Assembly: GCA_965208125.1 (NCBI GenBank)
Contig: OZ242320.1
Span: forward strand, 5,120,001-5,184,000
DNA: 64,000 bases
DNA from: Candidatus Latescibacterota bacterium
GTDB taxonomy: Bacteria > Latescibacterota > UBA2968
Direction: 5' to 3'
Positions within the stretch are counted from its first letter, which is position 1. Every line of letters begins with the position of its first letter. Below, piece after piece: positions 20,395 through 30,214 of the stretch. Position numbers and translations under genes: made by a program. The notes under the pieces were generated by a model, which saw nothing but the letters and a program-made list of their open reading frames with translations, was not told where the DNA came from and did not search any database.

Positions 20395-23300
20395 ATGAGA
20401 CGGACGAGTCTGTTTTTCTTTTTATTCATAGCCCTGGCATTCTCTGCCAGTGCTGTTTTTGCCGGATCAACCGGTAAAATTTCGGGCAAGGTCGTGGAGA
20501 AATCCACGGGCGAGACCCTGCCCGGTGCCAATGTCGTCATCGAAGGCACCACATTGGGCGCCGTAACAGATTCCAACGGCAATTATTTCATCATCAATGT
20601 GCCGCCGGGTTCTTATACCGTCAGCGCGAGTATGGTCGGCTATCACAAAACGACACAGACCAATGTGCGAGTCTTTATCGACCTGACCACGACGATGAAT
20701 TTCTCTGGTGATTTTGGCCTCGTCGAAGAGACCATTGAACTGGCAGAGATCACAGTGGTTGCCGAACTCCCGGTAGTGCAACCCGATATTTCCGCCAATG
20801 TCGCCAATATCTCCGCGCAAGATGTCGAAACCCTGCCATTGACCAGCGTGAACGAAGTCGTGCGATTAGAGGCAGGGGTTCTCTCCTCTGCCAATGGCGA
20901 ATTGTCGATTCGAGGCAGTGCTTTTAATGAGATCGCCTTTTCGGTCGATGGCCTGTCCATGCGCGATGGACGCAACAACGAACCGTATTCAACGGTGAGT
21001 TATACCTCAATCAAAGAAATGAGCGTGCAGTCGGGTGGGTTCAACGCCGAATACGGCAACGTGCGCTCGGGCCTGATCAATATTGTGACCAAAGAAGGCG
21101 ACAGGCGGCGCTACAACGGCGATGTGTTGTTGCGACACAGCGGCGCACAGCGCGATTATTTTGGCCCGTTGCCGAACCATCCCAATGGCCTTTTTTGGCG
21201 GCCATTTACAGATCCCGCTGTGAGGAACGTGGGCACCCATTCGCCCGAAAGCCCCTGGGATGTGTACACGCGGCGTCAATATCGCGTCTGGACCGGGTGG
21301 AATACCATTGTACAAAGATGGGCTGCCACCCCTACTGATCCGTATCACGGCGTGGGTGTGAGAGACACGGGCGCAGATGAATCGACTTTACCAGTCGATG
21401 AACTGCAAGTTGATGACGCAGTGATTACGGAATTGTTTGAGTGGTATCGCCGCAAAGACCTCGAAGTTCGCAATGCGGATTTCGATATCGACCTGGGTTT
21501 TGGTGGTCCCTTGATTCCGGGATTGAGCGAAAAACTGGGCGGTCTGAGGTTCTTTGCTTCGGGCAAGCGCGAGCGCAGGGCCTATATGATGCCGCGCAAT
21601 ATCGATGAATACGAACACGACTGGGGCCGCGTAAAGCTCACGTCGGATATTCGCAATAGCATGAAATTGAGTGTCGAGGCGATGTCGGGTGAAGAATTTG
21701 GGCTGAATCCTAACCGTAGCGGTTTTCCCAGCATGTGGCGTGGCAATCAGGAAATGGGGATTAATGGACTCGCTGCTATTTGGGGAAATCACACCCATAA
21801 CACACTTTCGATCAAGCGCAATAATATCGGTCTGAGTTTTTCACATGTGTTGAGTCCCCAGACATTTTACGAGTTTCGCTTTCAGAGGATGCAATCGGAC
21901 TTTTTGACCGAAAAGTATCCAGACCGCGATTTGACGGCTGTTGAAAAGACCATTCCCCGCAATCCGGACTTCGCGCCTCCCAGTCCGTCTTTACAGGTTT
22001 CAGAGGTCACGCAGAACCACATCGGGTTGACGTCTGCGCCCGATGAATATTTTATGAAAAATGAAGTCTTTGTTGACGGCCTGTATTTTGGGGGACACTG
22101 GGCCAATGGACGCGATAATTCTGAAGTCGTAGCCTATACGACGCGCTTTGACATTACCAGCCAGCGCAATCAGGTCGCGCAGTTTAAGGCGGGTTTTGAA
22201 TGGATCTCCAGTGATTACGATGTCAATCACGAAAATGCACAGCCTTTCTTCAAAAACAATGCGGCACCCAAATACATCTGGCAACGCAACCCAAACCAAT
22301 TTGCCGGATATGTGCAGACCAAGCTCGAATTCAATGCGATGATCGCAAACCTGGGGGTGCGTTGGGATCGCTGGAATGGGAGCGGCGAATGGTGGGTTTA
22401 TGACGATTTCTCCTATGCGTTTGGGCCTAAAGTCGGCAAAGACAATCTCGAGGCAGAACTCGAACAGGCACCTGTTAAGACCCTGTCTTATTTAAGCCCG
22501 CGCCTGGGTATTTCGTTCCCGGTAACAGCAGATAGCAAATTGTTTTTTAACTACGGGCACTTCCGCCAGATGCTGAACCCGCACAATCTCTTTCTCGTAG
22601 ATGAAATAAATACGGGCGCAGTCTCGCGGATTGGCAATCCCAATCACCCCATGCCGCGCACGATCAATTACGAACTCGGCTTTGAGCAGAATTTGTTTGA
22701 CCGGTATTTGCTGCGCCTGACCGGATATTACAAAGCCAACAACGACCAATCAATTGCTGTGCGCTACACCAATCTGGACCAAACCGTAGCCTACAACCTT
22801 TTTGAACCCCTCAACTACGACGATATCCGGGGTTTTGAAATAACCATTAGAAAGCGCAGGGGCAAGTGGTTTAGCGGATCAGTCAACTATACGTATCTGC
22901 AAACTAAGGACGGCAATTTTGGTCGGCGCCAGATGTACGAGAACCGCTTAGAGCAAGCCACTTTTGATGCGACCTCAACACTGCACTATCAAAGCCGGCC
23001 CGCCAGCAGGCCCTTCGCCAGATTGTCGCTGGAATTTTACACACCGCGCGACTTTGGTCCCCAGGTCTCCAGATTTTATCCCCTGGGCAAGTGGGATATG
23101 TCTTTTGTAGGCCGTTGGCGAGCGGGTGAGTACAGCAACTGGTATGGGCCAGAAGGTGGGGATATCCCCGGTTTGATCAGAAATGTCCAGTACACGAGTG
23201 TTAAGAATATGGACCTGCGCCTGACCAGGCAGTTTTCGATGATGGGCGTCAGGACAATGTTCTTTTTAGACGTGGATAATGTGTTTAATCTCAAGCGACT

Positions 23301-23751
23301 CAATAGAAGTTCTACCAACCCGAACCTCGAAGACTGGGAATTCTATATGGTATCCCTGCATTTGCCGGAAGACACATTTGGCGAGTTCGAACCACCCTAT
23401 CCGTTCATTCCCGGCAATGACTCGCCCGGCAGTTTCAGAGATTACGACACGGAGTTTGTGCCCATTGAAATTGTCAGTACAGCCAGTAATTTGCCCGCCA
23501 ATGGATTGCCCGGCGATGCGGAAATTACGGCTGCATTGCCCACGGGCCTCGAACCCGACCGCCGCGTGTTGTGGTATGTGCAGGAAACCGGGCAATATCA
23601 CGAATATCAAAACGGAAACTGGGCGCAGGCCAATCAGGACTTTGTAAATGAAGTGCTGGACAATAAGCTGTATATCGACATGCCCAACAACGACTCTATC
23701 TGGTTCTTGAACCCGCGCCGCGTGCGTTTGGGCTTGCGGTTCTCGTTCTAA
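20395..23751 (+). CDS. TonB-dependent outer-membrane transporter with N-terminal carboxypeptidase-regulatory-like domain
   Basis: Signal peptide; GKISGKV...LPGANV; plug motifs IRGS, GGFNAEYG, SGLINIVTK; SPRLGISFPVT; C-terminal RLGLRFSF; AGGAGG RBS. Confidence 0.9.
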   Translation: MRRTSLFFFLFIALAFSASAVFAGSTGKISGKVVEKSTGETLPGANVVIEGTTLGAVTDSNGNYFIINVPPGSYTVSASMVGYHKTTQTNVRVFIDLTTTMNFSGDFGLVEETIELAEITVVAELPVVQPDISANVANISAQDVETLPLTSVNEVVRLEAGVLSSANGELSIRGSAFNEIAFSVDGLSMRDGRNNEPYSTVSYTSIKEMSVQSGGFNAEYGNVRSGLINIVTKEGDRRRYNGDVLLRHSGAQRDYFGPLPNHPNGLFWRPFTDPAVRNVGTHSPESPWDVYTRRQYRVWTGWNTIVQRWAATPTDPYHGVGVRDTGADESTLPVDELQVDDAVITELFEWYRRKDLEVRNADFDIDLGFGGPLIPGLSEKLGGLRFFASGKRERRAYMMPRNIDEYEHDWGRVKLTSDIRNSMKLSVEAMSGEEFGLNPNRSGFPSMWRGNQEMGINGLAAIWGNHTHNTLSIKRNNIGLSFSHVLSPQTFYEFRFQRMQSDFLTEKYPDRDLTAVEKTIPRNPDFAPPSPSLQVSEVTQNHIGLTSAPDEYFMKNEVFVDGLYFGGHWANGRDNSEVVAYTTRFDITSQRNQVAQFKAGFEWISSDYDVNHENAQPFFKNNAAPKYIWQRNPNQFAGYVQTKLEFNAMIANLGVRWDRWNGSGEWWVYDDFSYAFGPKVGKDNLEAELEQAPVKTLSYLSPRLGISFPVTADSKLFFNYGHFRQMLNPHNLFLVDEINTGAVSRIGNPNHPMPRTINYELGFEQNLFDRYLLRLTGYYKANNDQSIAVRYTNLDQTVAYNLFEPLNYDDIRGFEITIRKRRGKWFSGSVNYTYLQTKDGNFGRRQMYENRLEQATFDATSTLHYQSRPASRPFARLSLEFYTPRDFGPQVSRFYPLGKWDMSFVGRWRAGEYSNWYGPEGGDIPGLIRNVQYTSVKNMDLRLTRQFSMMGVRTMFFLDVDNVFNLKRLNRSSTNPNLEDWEFYMVSLHLPEDTFGEFEPPYPFIPGNDSPGSFRDYDTEFVPIEIVSTASNLPANGLPGDAEITAALPTGLEPDRRVLWYVQETGQYHEYQNGNWAQANQDFVNEVLDNKLYIDMPNNDSIWFLNPRRVRLGLRFSF

Positions 23752-23806
23752 CATAAAACACAACCTCTGTGGTTTTTTGAATCGCAACTTATCAGGAGAA
23801 TATGTA

Positions 23807-25981
23807 ATGAACAGATTTTTAAAACCGCTGGTCGGAACAACTTTTGCACTTGTGGCTCTGGTGTTCTGGGGCCAGCCAGCCAAAGTACAGGCGCAGGCTG
23901 ACCTGGCGTGGCTGGATGTGGGCGATTATCACTATCGATACGCCTCGACAGGCACAGAGCCTTCAATCACAAGCCCCCCGTTTCGGGCACGTGTGAAATA
24001 CTGGCCCGGTATTTATTTTCGAGAGGGTGGAACCCATGTGCGCTCGCGTCACTATATTGGTGTGAGAGATTTTATAGATGAAAATGGCGATCCCTGGCCA
24101 TTTAAGGTCGCCCGTGCGGGACCTCGCGTATTTGACCTGGGCGAACACTTTGCCCTGCAAATGGACCTGATCGGCAAGTTTGAAAAACCCGACGTATTTG
24201 TCGATGGGTTTCAATCTTTTGCCCGGCCCACAGTATTGACCCGCGTCGATCCTTCTATTCCATCAGATCGAATGATCATTCGCGGTGCCCATACCAATGT
24301 GGGCGTTACCTGGGAAGAGAGGATCTACGCATTTTCCAATCCCTATCACGATGACTACCACATCCGGGAAATAACCTGGACAAATACGGGCAATGTCGAT
24401 GCCGATGAAGAGATCGAATTGCCCGATCAAACCGCGAACGAGGTGATGCTGTCCTTTGCCGCTAAAGAGCATCTCTGGGGGCCGCGCGGGGTTACGGGCG
24501 CGGGTGTATCGGGCACAATGTGGGATTATGTGGGCGACGGCAAGGAGGATGTGGGCAAATGGGAAGGCATACGCGCCACGCTCGGCTGGATGGGCAATGG
24601 TACGAATGTGTCCTTTCTGAACCGCATTGGAGGACCTACCTGGAGAGGTGGACGCGGAAATGCCAACTATCGGATTACAGAAGGCGATTCAATCGGTCGG
24701 CTCGGCGGTGCTTATATGCTGACCCGCGCGACCTTGCACGCAGATACAAGCCCAACAGATCCGACAAATGACCCGGGCCAGCCCAGAACTACAGGTTACA
24801 CCCGCGGCGGCGAATCGAATACCAACCCGTCGTTTGGCGATGCCGAACAGATGACAAACACCTACCATTTTATGCACCCGGACCTGAGCTATGCCGAATA
24901 TGGCAATCCGGGCACCGATGGGCACTTTTTTCCGCACGAAGCCGACCGGTCAGCACCGCCGGATCCTGCGGGTCCTTTCGATTCGGAATCGTGGTACGAA
25001 CGCATGGGGGCGCAAACTGATGTCTCTCGCATGAGAAGTGGAGGTATGGTGCCAGTATTTGCCTATGGTCCCTACACACTGGCACCGGGCCAAAGCGTCA
25101 GTGCGGTCTGGATTGAAGGTATGCACGGGTTAAGCCGGGACGTATGTGTTGCTGTGGGCACGGCGTACAAAAATTCTGGTTATGACGATACACTCCCCAT
25201 TACCTACAATGGGCAGACCCACACGAAGAACCGCTGGGTACTGGGATCTCGAGATTCCATCTACCAGATGATCCGCAGAGCTACGGCGAACTGGCAATCG
25301 GGTTATAATATTCCGCATCCCCCACTGCCGCCCAAAGTTTTCAATGTGCAGTCCGGTTCTGATCAAATTGTGCTTTCGTGGGAGACCTTCCCCAATGCCA
25401 ATCACACGGGTTTTGAGATCTGGCGCACGCGCAACTTGTTCGAAAGCAGTGTGCAAGACCTCTGGGAATACCAGTTGATCGCCACCCTGGGGGCAGGGGA
25501 CCGCGAATACGTAGATGCGGACGTGGTGCGCGGCATCAGTTATTTCTACTATATCCAATCTGTGGGACAGGTGAACAACGATGGAACGGGAATGACGCCG
25601 ACAGGCAGTGTGCTGAAAAGCAGCCGGTATTATACGCAGACCTATGATCCCGCGTTTTTGAAGCGTCCGCCCGGCAGTACGCTGGGGGATGTGCGCGTTG
25701 TGCCCAATCCCTTTGTTCTGGAAGCCGATCAGAATATTCGATTCCCAGACCAGCAGGACAAGCTGGCGTTTTTTGAAATTCCGGGTGAATGTACCATCCA
25801 GATTTTCAGCGAACTGGGAGAATCAATTTTCACCATCGAGCACACAGATGGCACAGGGGACGAATTTTGGAACCTGACCACAGAGTCGAATCAGCTGATT
25901 ACAAGTGGCATTTATTTTGCCGTGATCACAGACCTTCAGACCGGCGATAAGATAATCAAAAAATTCGTCGTTATTCGTTAA
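23807..25981 (+). CDS. Secreted protein with FN3-like domain and T9SS type A-like C-terminal sorting domain
   Basis: Sec signal; FN3-like IVLSW...GFEIWR...YVDADV...YFYYI; CTD VVPNPF...TIQIFSELGE...WNL...SGIYF...KKFVVIR; ATG after AGGAG. Confidence 0.8.
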   Translation: MNRFLKPLVGTTFALVALVFWGQPAKVQAQADLAWLDVGDYHYRYASTGTEPSITSPPFRARVKYWPGIYFREGGTHVRSRHYIGVRDFIDENGDPWPFKVARAGPRVFDLGEHFALQMDLIGKFEKPDVFVDGFQSFARPTVLTRVDPSIPSDRMIIRGAHTNVGVTWEERIYAFSNPYHDDYHIREITWTNTGNVDADEEIELPDQTANEVMLSFAAKEHLWGPRGVTGAGVSGTMWDYVGDGKEDVGKWEGIRATLGWMGNGTNVSFLNRIGGPTWRGGRGNANYRITEGDSIGRLGGAYMLTRATLHADTSPTDPTNDPGQPRTTGYTRGGESNTNPSFGDAEQMTNTYHFMHPDLSYAEYGNPGTDGHFFPHEADRSAPPDPAGPFDSESWYERMGAQTDVSRMRSGGMVPVFAYGPYTLAPGQSVSAVWIEGMHGLSRDVCVAVGTAYKNSGYDDTLPITYNGQTHTKNRWVLGSRDSIYQMIRRATANWQSGYNIPHPPLPPKVFNVQSGSDQIVLSWETFPNANHTGFEIWRTRNLFESSVQDLWEYQLIATLGAGDREYVDADVVRGISYFYYIQSVGQVNNDGTGMTPTGSVLKSSRYYTQTYDPAFLKRPPGSTLGDVRVVPNPFVLEADQNIRFPDQQDKLAFFEIPGECTIQIFSELGESIFTIEHTDGTGDEFWNLTTESNQLITSGIYFAVITDLQTGDKIIKKFVVIR

Positions 25982-25996
25982 GAACGGAGTATTTCA

Positions 25997-27052
25997 ATGA
26001 CCAGAAAATTTCTTACTTATGTCGCGCTGAGTCTGATGTGTCTGACACCGCTCTATGCACAGGACCCGGTGGATACGACAGATCCAGACGATCTTCCCGT
26101 GCCCGAACCGGGACAGGATCTTCCGCGCGAACGCCGCGCGCAAGCGGGCTTTAAGTTTTTGAGCGTATCGCCCGATGCGCGCGCCGCCGCCATGGGCGAT
26201 GCGTATTCCGCATTGAGAATAGGCTCATCGGCGATGTTTTACAACCCCGCATCAATGGCATATCCCACGCGCAAATTTCAACTCTCTGCCGGACAGGTCC
26301 AGTGGATTGCAGATGTGACCTACAACATGGGCAGTGTCGCATTGAATACGGATTGGGGCGTTTTCGGGTTGTCAATGATTTCCGTCGATTACGGCGATTT
26401 TGAGCGCACCATTCGCGCGGATAACGAAAAGGGATTCCTCGATGTGGGCACGTATAGTCCATCTGCCTGGGCAATCGGACTCGGTTATGCCCGCGCAATT
26501 ACCGACCGCTTTTCAGTGGGCGGCAATATACGCATCGCCAAGCAATCGTTCGGCAATGTTCCCGTGGGTCTTGAAGGTGCAGAACCTGTAAATAAATCTT
26601 TTAGCGAGCGTTCGACCATTGTCGATTTTGGCGTGCTCTACTGGACGGGATTTAAGAGCCTGACATTGGCGCTGAACACCCGAAACTTCTCTCAGGAAAA
26701 CAAGTATAGCGAAGAGAGTTTTGAATTGCCGCTGACATTCCGCATTGGCCTGGCGATAGATTTGATTGATTTCACGGATATGGAGAAGGACGCCCATTCC
26801 GTGATCCTATCGGTAGATACCGAGCGGCCGCGCGACTTTTCCGAGCAAGTCAAGATCGGAGTGGATTATACGCTCATGAAAACCCTATCTTTGCGCGCCG
26901 GATATATAACGCCAACCGATGAACAGGGCATCTCTCTGGGCGTCGGCTTTGGCCGCGACCTGGGCAGCCTCGCTTTGCGCGTGGATTATGCGTACACCGA
27001 TTTTGGCGTATTTGACAATGTCAACCGCTTGACGCTTCAGGCGGGCTTTTAG
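25997..27052 (+). CDS. PorV/PorQ (UPF0164) family beta-barrel protein
   Basis: FLSVSPDARAAAMGDA, MFYNPA, LPLTFRIG, VDYAY; C-terminal F. Confidence 0.85.
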   Translation: MTRKFLTYVALSLMCLTPLYAQDPVDTTDPDDLPVPEPGQDLPRERRAQAGFKFLSVSPDARAAAMGDAYSALRIGSSAMFYNPASMAYPTRKFQLSAGQVQWIADVTYNMGSVALNTDWGVFGLSMISVDYGDFERTIRADNEKGFLDVGTYSPSAWAIGLGYARAITDRFSVGGNIRIAKQSFGNVPVGLEGAEPVNKSFSERSTIVDFGVLYWTGFKSLTLALNTRNFSQENKYSEESFELPLTFRIGLAIDLIDFTDMEKDAHSVILSVDTERPRDFSEQVKIGVDYTLMKTLSLRAGYITPTDEQGISLGVGFGRDLGSLALRVDYAYTDFGVFDNVNRLTLQAGF

Positions 27053-27081
27053 ACTATTGCGATGTATTCCCCGCCATTTTG

Positions 27082-27116
27082 AAAAGGGAGCCAGTTTTTG
27101 ACCGGCTCCCTTTTTT
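27082..27116 (+). terminator. Intrinsic terminator closing the TBDT-CTD-PorV unit
   Basis: AAAAGGGAGCC / GGCTCCCTTTT stem, then T6. Confidence 0.8.
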
Positions 27117-27142
27117 ACGTGAAGTCCGCGGACATCCCTACC

Positions 27143-29104
27143 ATGGCAGAATTAGCACATACACAAAAACCGCTCGGCAGGGGGTTACGTACGTATCGAA
27201 CCGCTGTTGCGTCGGTCGCCATGATTCTGGTCAGTGTGCTGTGGAATGAATGGATGCCGTATTACACATCGGGATCCAATATCAGCCGCAGCCATTTTCC
27301 CGTAGCGCTCTACTATCCCTTTTTGATCTTGTGTATATGCAACTTGCTGGCAAATCATCGGCAATCAACCTGGGCATTGACGCGGTCGGAATTGCTGGTG
27401 GTCCTGGCTTCTGGGCTGGTCGGCATCTCGGTGTCTTACGACGGGATCAGCGGACATCTGATCGGCGTAGTAGCTGCGCCCTATTATTTCGCCTCAACGG
27501 AAAACGGCTGGACGACGTACTTGCTCGAACATATCCCGCACTGGCAGGTGCCGACCAATGCGGCCGGAGAGATGACGCGGTTTTACGAGGGCGGAAAGGG
27601 AACATTCCCCTGGCGCGTATGGGTCGCACCGATATTCTGGTGGACGTGTTTTTTGGGCGCGATGGGATTTGCGGTATTCAGCGTCGTGGTGATTTTGCGA
27701 AAGCAATGGGTGGATTACGAGCGGTTGGCATATCCACTCGTAGAAGTGGGGAGCCTGCTGACCGAGACCGAGCCTGGTGGAACACTCGAAAAAATGCTCC
27801 GATCCCCATTGTTCTGGATAGCCTTTGGCCTGGTGATGGCGTTAAAGCTGTGGAATATCGGATCTTATTTTTCGCCAGCTTTTCCGCATATTTCTATTGA
27901 GGGAATGAACTGGCGGGCTTTTCCCGATTTTCCCGCATTGCCCTTTCGCCTCAGTTTTTACGCCATAGGTTTTGGCTATTTTGCGCGATTAGACGTATTG
28001 TTCAGCGTGTGGTTTTTTATCGTCTTGACGGCATTTCAGATCTATGCCTCGAATATTTTTGGCTATCCCCTGGGTTCCTCCAGTCTGCACTGGGAAAATG
28101 AGTTATTAAACTGGCAGAGCATGGGCGCACTCATTTTCCTCGCAGTGTGGGGCTTGTGGATGGCGCGCGCTCATTTGAAGGCCGTGTGGCGCAAAGCGTG
28201 GGATCCGAGTTGTGAAATAGATGATCGCGGAGAGTTATTGTCATATCGCACGGCGGTATTTGGCCTTGTGCTTTCGCTCGTGTTTGCAACGTGCTGGCTG
28301 GTCGCAACCGGCATGGCGTTGTGGGTTGCGATAGTGTTTTTGATTCTGGCAATGTTGTTATTTTTGGGCCTGGCACGCGCTGTGTCCGAGCTGGGTCTGG
28401 TTTATGCTTATTATCGGTTGGAGCCAAATGACGCGGTCGTACAGGCGTTTGGATCGGCATCGATTATGGGGGTTTCGAGCATCACCGCGCTGGCATTTAT
28501 GCGGGTGTTCAATTTTTTCCCCGATATCGGCAAAGGCTTCTTAATGCCGTCTTTTTCGCAGGCGGTGAAAGCTGTGGATAAGACCGTAACACCCCGGCGG
28601 ATTACAGGGGTGATCTGGGCATCGCTCGCCGTGGGCTTTGTGATTTCGATTGTCAACACGCTCTATTTGAGTTATGAATACGGGGCTTATAATCTGGGAA
28701 ATATGGGCCTCAAACACGTTGGCCCGCGGGCATTTGATTTTGCGATGAACGCGATCCGCAATCCCCTGGGACTCGGAGGCGATGGTCGCGTGATGTGGGC
28801 GGGAGTTGGCGCCGGTGCGATGGCGATTTTGACCGTAATTCGCTACTGGATCCCCGCCTGGCCGCTGCATCCAATTGGACTGGCCATGCAAGGGAACTAC
28901 GGCGTGAGTAAAACCGTATTCTCGGTATTTATTGTGTGGTCAATCAAAGTTGTTGTGATGAAGATGGGCGGTGTGCAGCTATACGAAAAAGGAAAACCGT
29001 TTTTCATCGGCCTGCTGGCAGCGCAAGCATTCAGTACTGGGCTGGTATTTGTCATAGATTGCATCTGGTTCCCCCTGCAGGGACACAATGTACACAACTT
29101 CTAA
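27143..29104 (+). CDS. Polytopic membrane protein, DUF6785/DUF6784-like putative transporter (copy 1)
   Basis: Many TM segments; RKQWVDYERLAYPL and WPLHPIG motifs. Family name is from recall. Confidence 0.7.
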   Translation: MAELAHTQKPLGRGLRTYRTAVASVAMILVSVLWNEWMPYYTSGSNISRSHFPVALYYPFLILCICNLLANHRQSTWALTRSELLVVLASGLVGISVSYDGISGHLIGVVAAPYYFASTENGWTTYLLEHIPHWQVPTNAAGEMTRFYEGGKGTFPWRVWVAPIFWWTCFLGAMGFAVFSVVVILRKQWVDYERLAYPLVEVGSLLTETEPGGTLEKMLRSPLFWIAFGLVMALKLWNIGSYFSPAFPHISIEGMNWRAFPDFPALPFRLSFYAIGFGYFARLDVLFSVWFFIVLTAFQIYASNIFGYPLGSSSLHWENELLNWQSMGALIFLAVWGLWMARAHLKAVWRKAWDPSCEIDDRGELLSYRTAVFGLVLSLVFATCWLVATGMALWVAIVFLILAMLLFLGLARAVSELGLVYAYYRLEPNDAVVQAFGSASIMGVSSITALAFMRVFNFFPDIGKGFLMPSFSQAVKAVDKTVTPRRITGVIWASLAVGFVISIVNTLYLSYEYGAYNLGNMGLKHVGPRAFDFAMNAIRNPLGLGGDGRVMWAGVGAGAMAILTVIRYWIPAWPLHPIGLAMQGNYGVSKTVFSVFIVWSIKVVVMKMGGVQLYEKGKPFFIGLLAAQAFSTGLVFVIDCIWFPLQGHNVHNF

Positions 29105-29111
29105 AGAGCTT

Positions 29112-30152
29112 ATGATTACGAGAAGAACATTTATACAACAAAGCCTCGCAACTGCGGGCGCATTGGCAATTGCACCATCGGCTTTCGCGTCCAAGCCACA
29201 GGTAATGACTGTGACCGGATCGATAGCCTTCGATCAAATGGGGTTCACCCTTCCCCACGAACACATCATGTCCATTTTTGGCGGACAACCAGTCAAAATG
29301 GCGCAATACGACGAAGAAAAATTATTCGCCAAAGTTATCCCCTATCTCAAAATGTTAAAAGTATTTGGCGTGCAAACGCTTTGTGAATGCACAGGAGCTT
29401 ATTTTGGACGGCGCGTGGATTTGCTCCGGCGTATCTCACGAGAAACCGGGATGCAAATACTGACCAACACCGGGTATTTTGGCGCAGCGCACGACCGCTA
29501 TGTGCCGGCGCATGCCTTTGAAGAAACAATTGATCAAATTGCCCAACGCTGGATTGATGAATGGGAAAACGGGATTGATGGGACAGATATTCGTCCGGGA
29601 TTTATCAAAATTGGCGTTGACCCCGGCATGCCGTCTGACATAGATAAAAAACTCATTTTGGCGGCGGGTAAAACCCATCTCAAAACAGGTCTAACAATTG
29701 TCTCACACACAAGTGGCAGCACGGATGCCGCTGTTGAACAGATTGCGATGCTCGAAGAAATGGGCGTCCATCCAGAAGCCTGGATCTGGGCACACGCACA
29801 ACGCGTTAAAGATCCCGGCGATTTGCCTCCGATTGCCTGGGCAGGCGGGTGGATCGGACTGGATGGCATCAGCGATAAAACGCTCAATCACCATCTCGAT
29901 ATGCTGCGCCACATGAGAAGATTTCGCGCTTTGGACCGGGTTTTGCTTTCTCACGATGGCAATTCATTTGGATATGGCGACCGTCCCTTTAAGCCTTATA
30001 ATGCCATTTTTGACCAATTTATTCCGCTGATGCATAAAGCAAATTTTACCGATGAAGACATTCACCGGATCACAGTAAGAAATCCACAGGAGGCATTTGC
30101 CATTCAAGTTCGGAAAACGCAACCACCGATAGACACAGATGAAAACAGATAA
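29112..30152 (+). CDS. Tat-exported phosphotriesterase/lactonase family metallohydrolase
   Basis: TRRTFI Tat motif; metal ligands TLPHEH, GFIKIG, SHT, WAHA, LSHDG. Confidence 0.88.
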   Translation: MITRRTFIQQSLATAGALAIAPSAFASKPQVMTVTGSIAFDQMGFTLPHEHIMSIFGGQPVKMAQYDEEKLFAKVIPYLKMLKVFGVQTLCECTGAYFGRRVDLLRRISRETGMQILTNTGYFGAAHDRYVPAHAFEETIDQIAQRWIDEWENGIDGTDIRPGFIKIGVDPGMPSDIDKKLILAAGKTHLKTGLTIVSHTSGSTDAAVEQIAMLEEMGVHPEAWIWAHAQRVKDPGDLPPIAWAGGWIGLDGISDKTLNHHLDMLRHMRRFRALDRVLLSHDGNSFGYGDRPFKPYNAIFDQFIPLMHKANFTDEDIHRITVRNPQEAFAIQVRKTQPPIDTDENR

Positions 30153-30208
30153 AAGGCAAGCGAGAGGTTGAGGGGTTGGGTCTGATAGCTGACCGCTGAT
30201 CACTGGAG
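30124..30208 (+). repeat. Short tandem repeats: ACAGAT nonamer (30124-30152) and GCTGANN heptamer (30181-30208)
   Basis: CACCGATAG ACACAGATG AAAACAGAT; TCTGATA GCTGACC GCTGATC ACTGGAG. Confidence 0.55.
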
Positions 30209-30214
30209 AGAACC

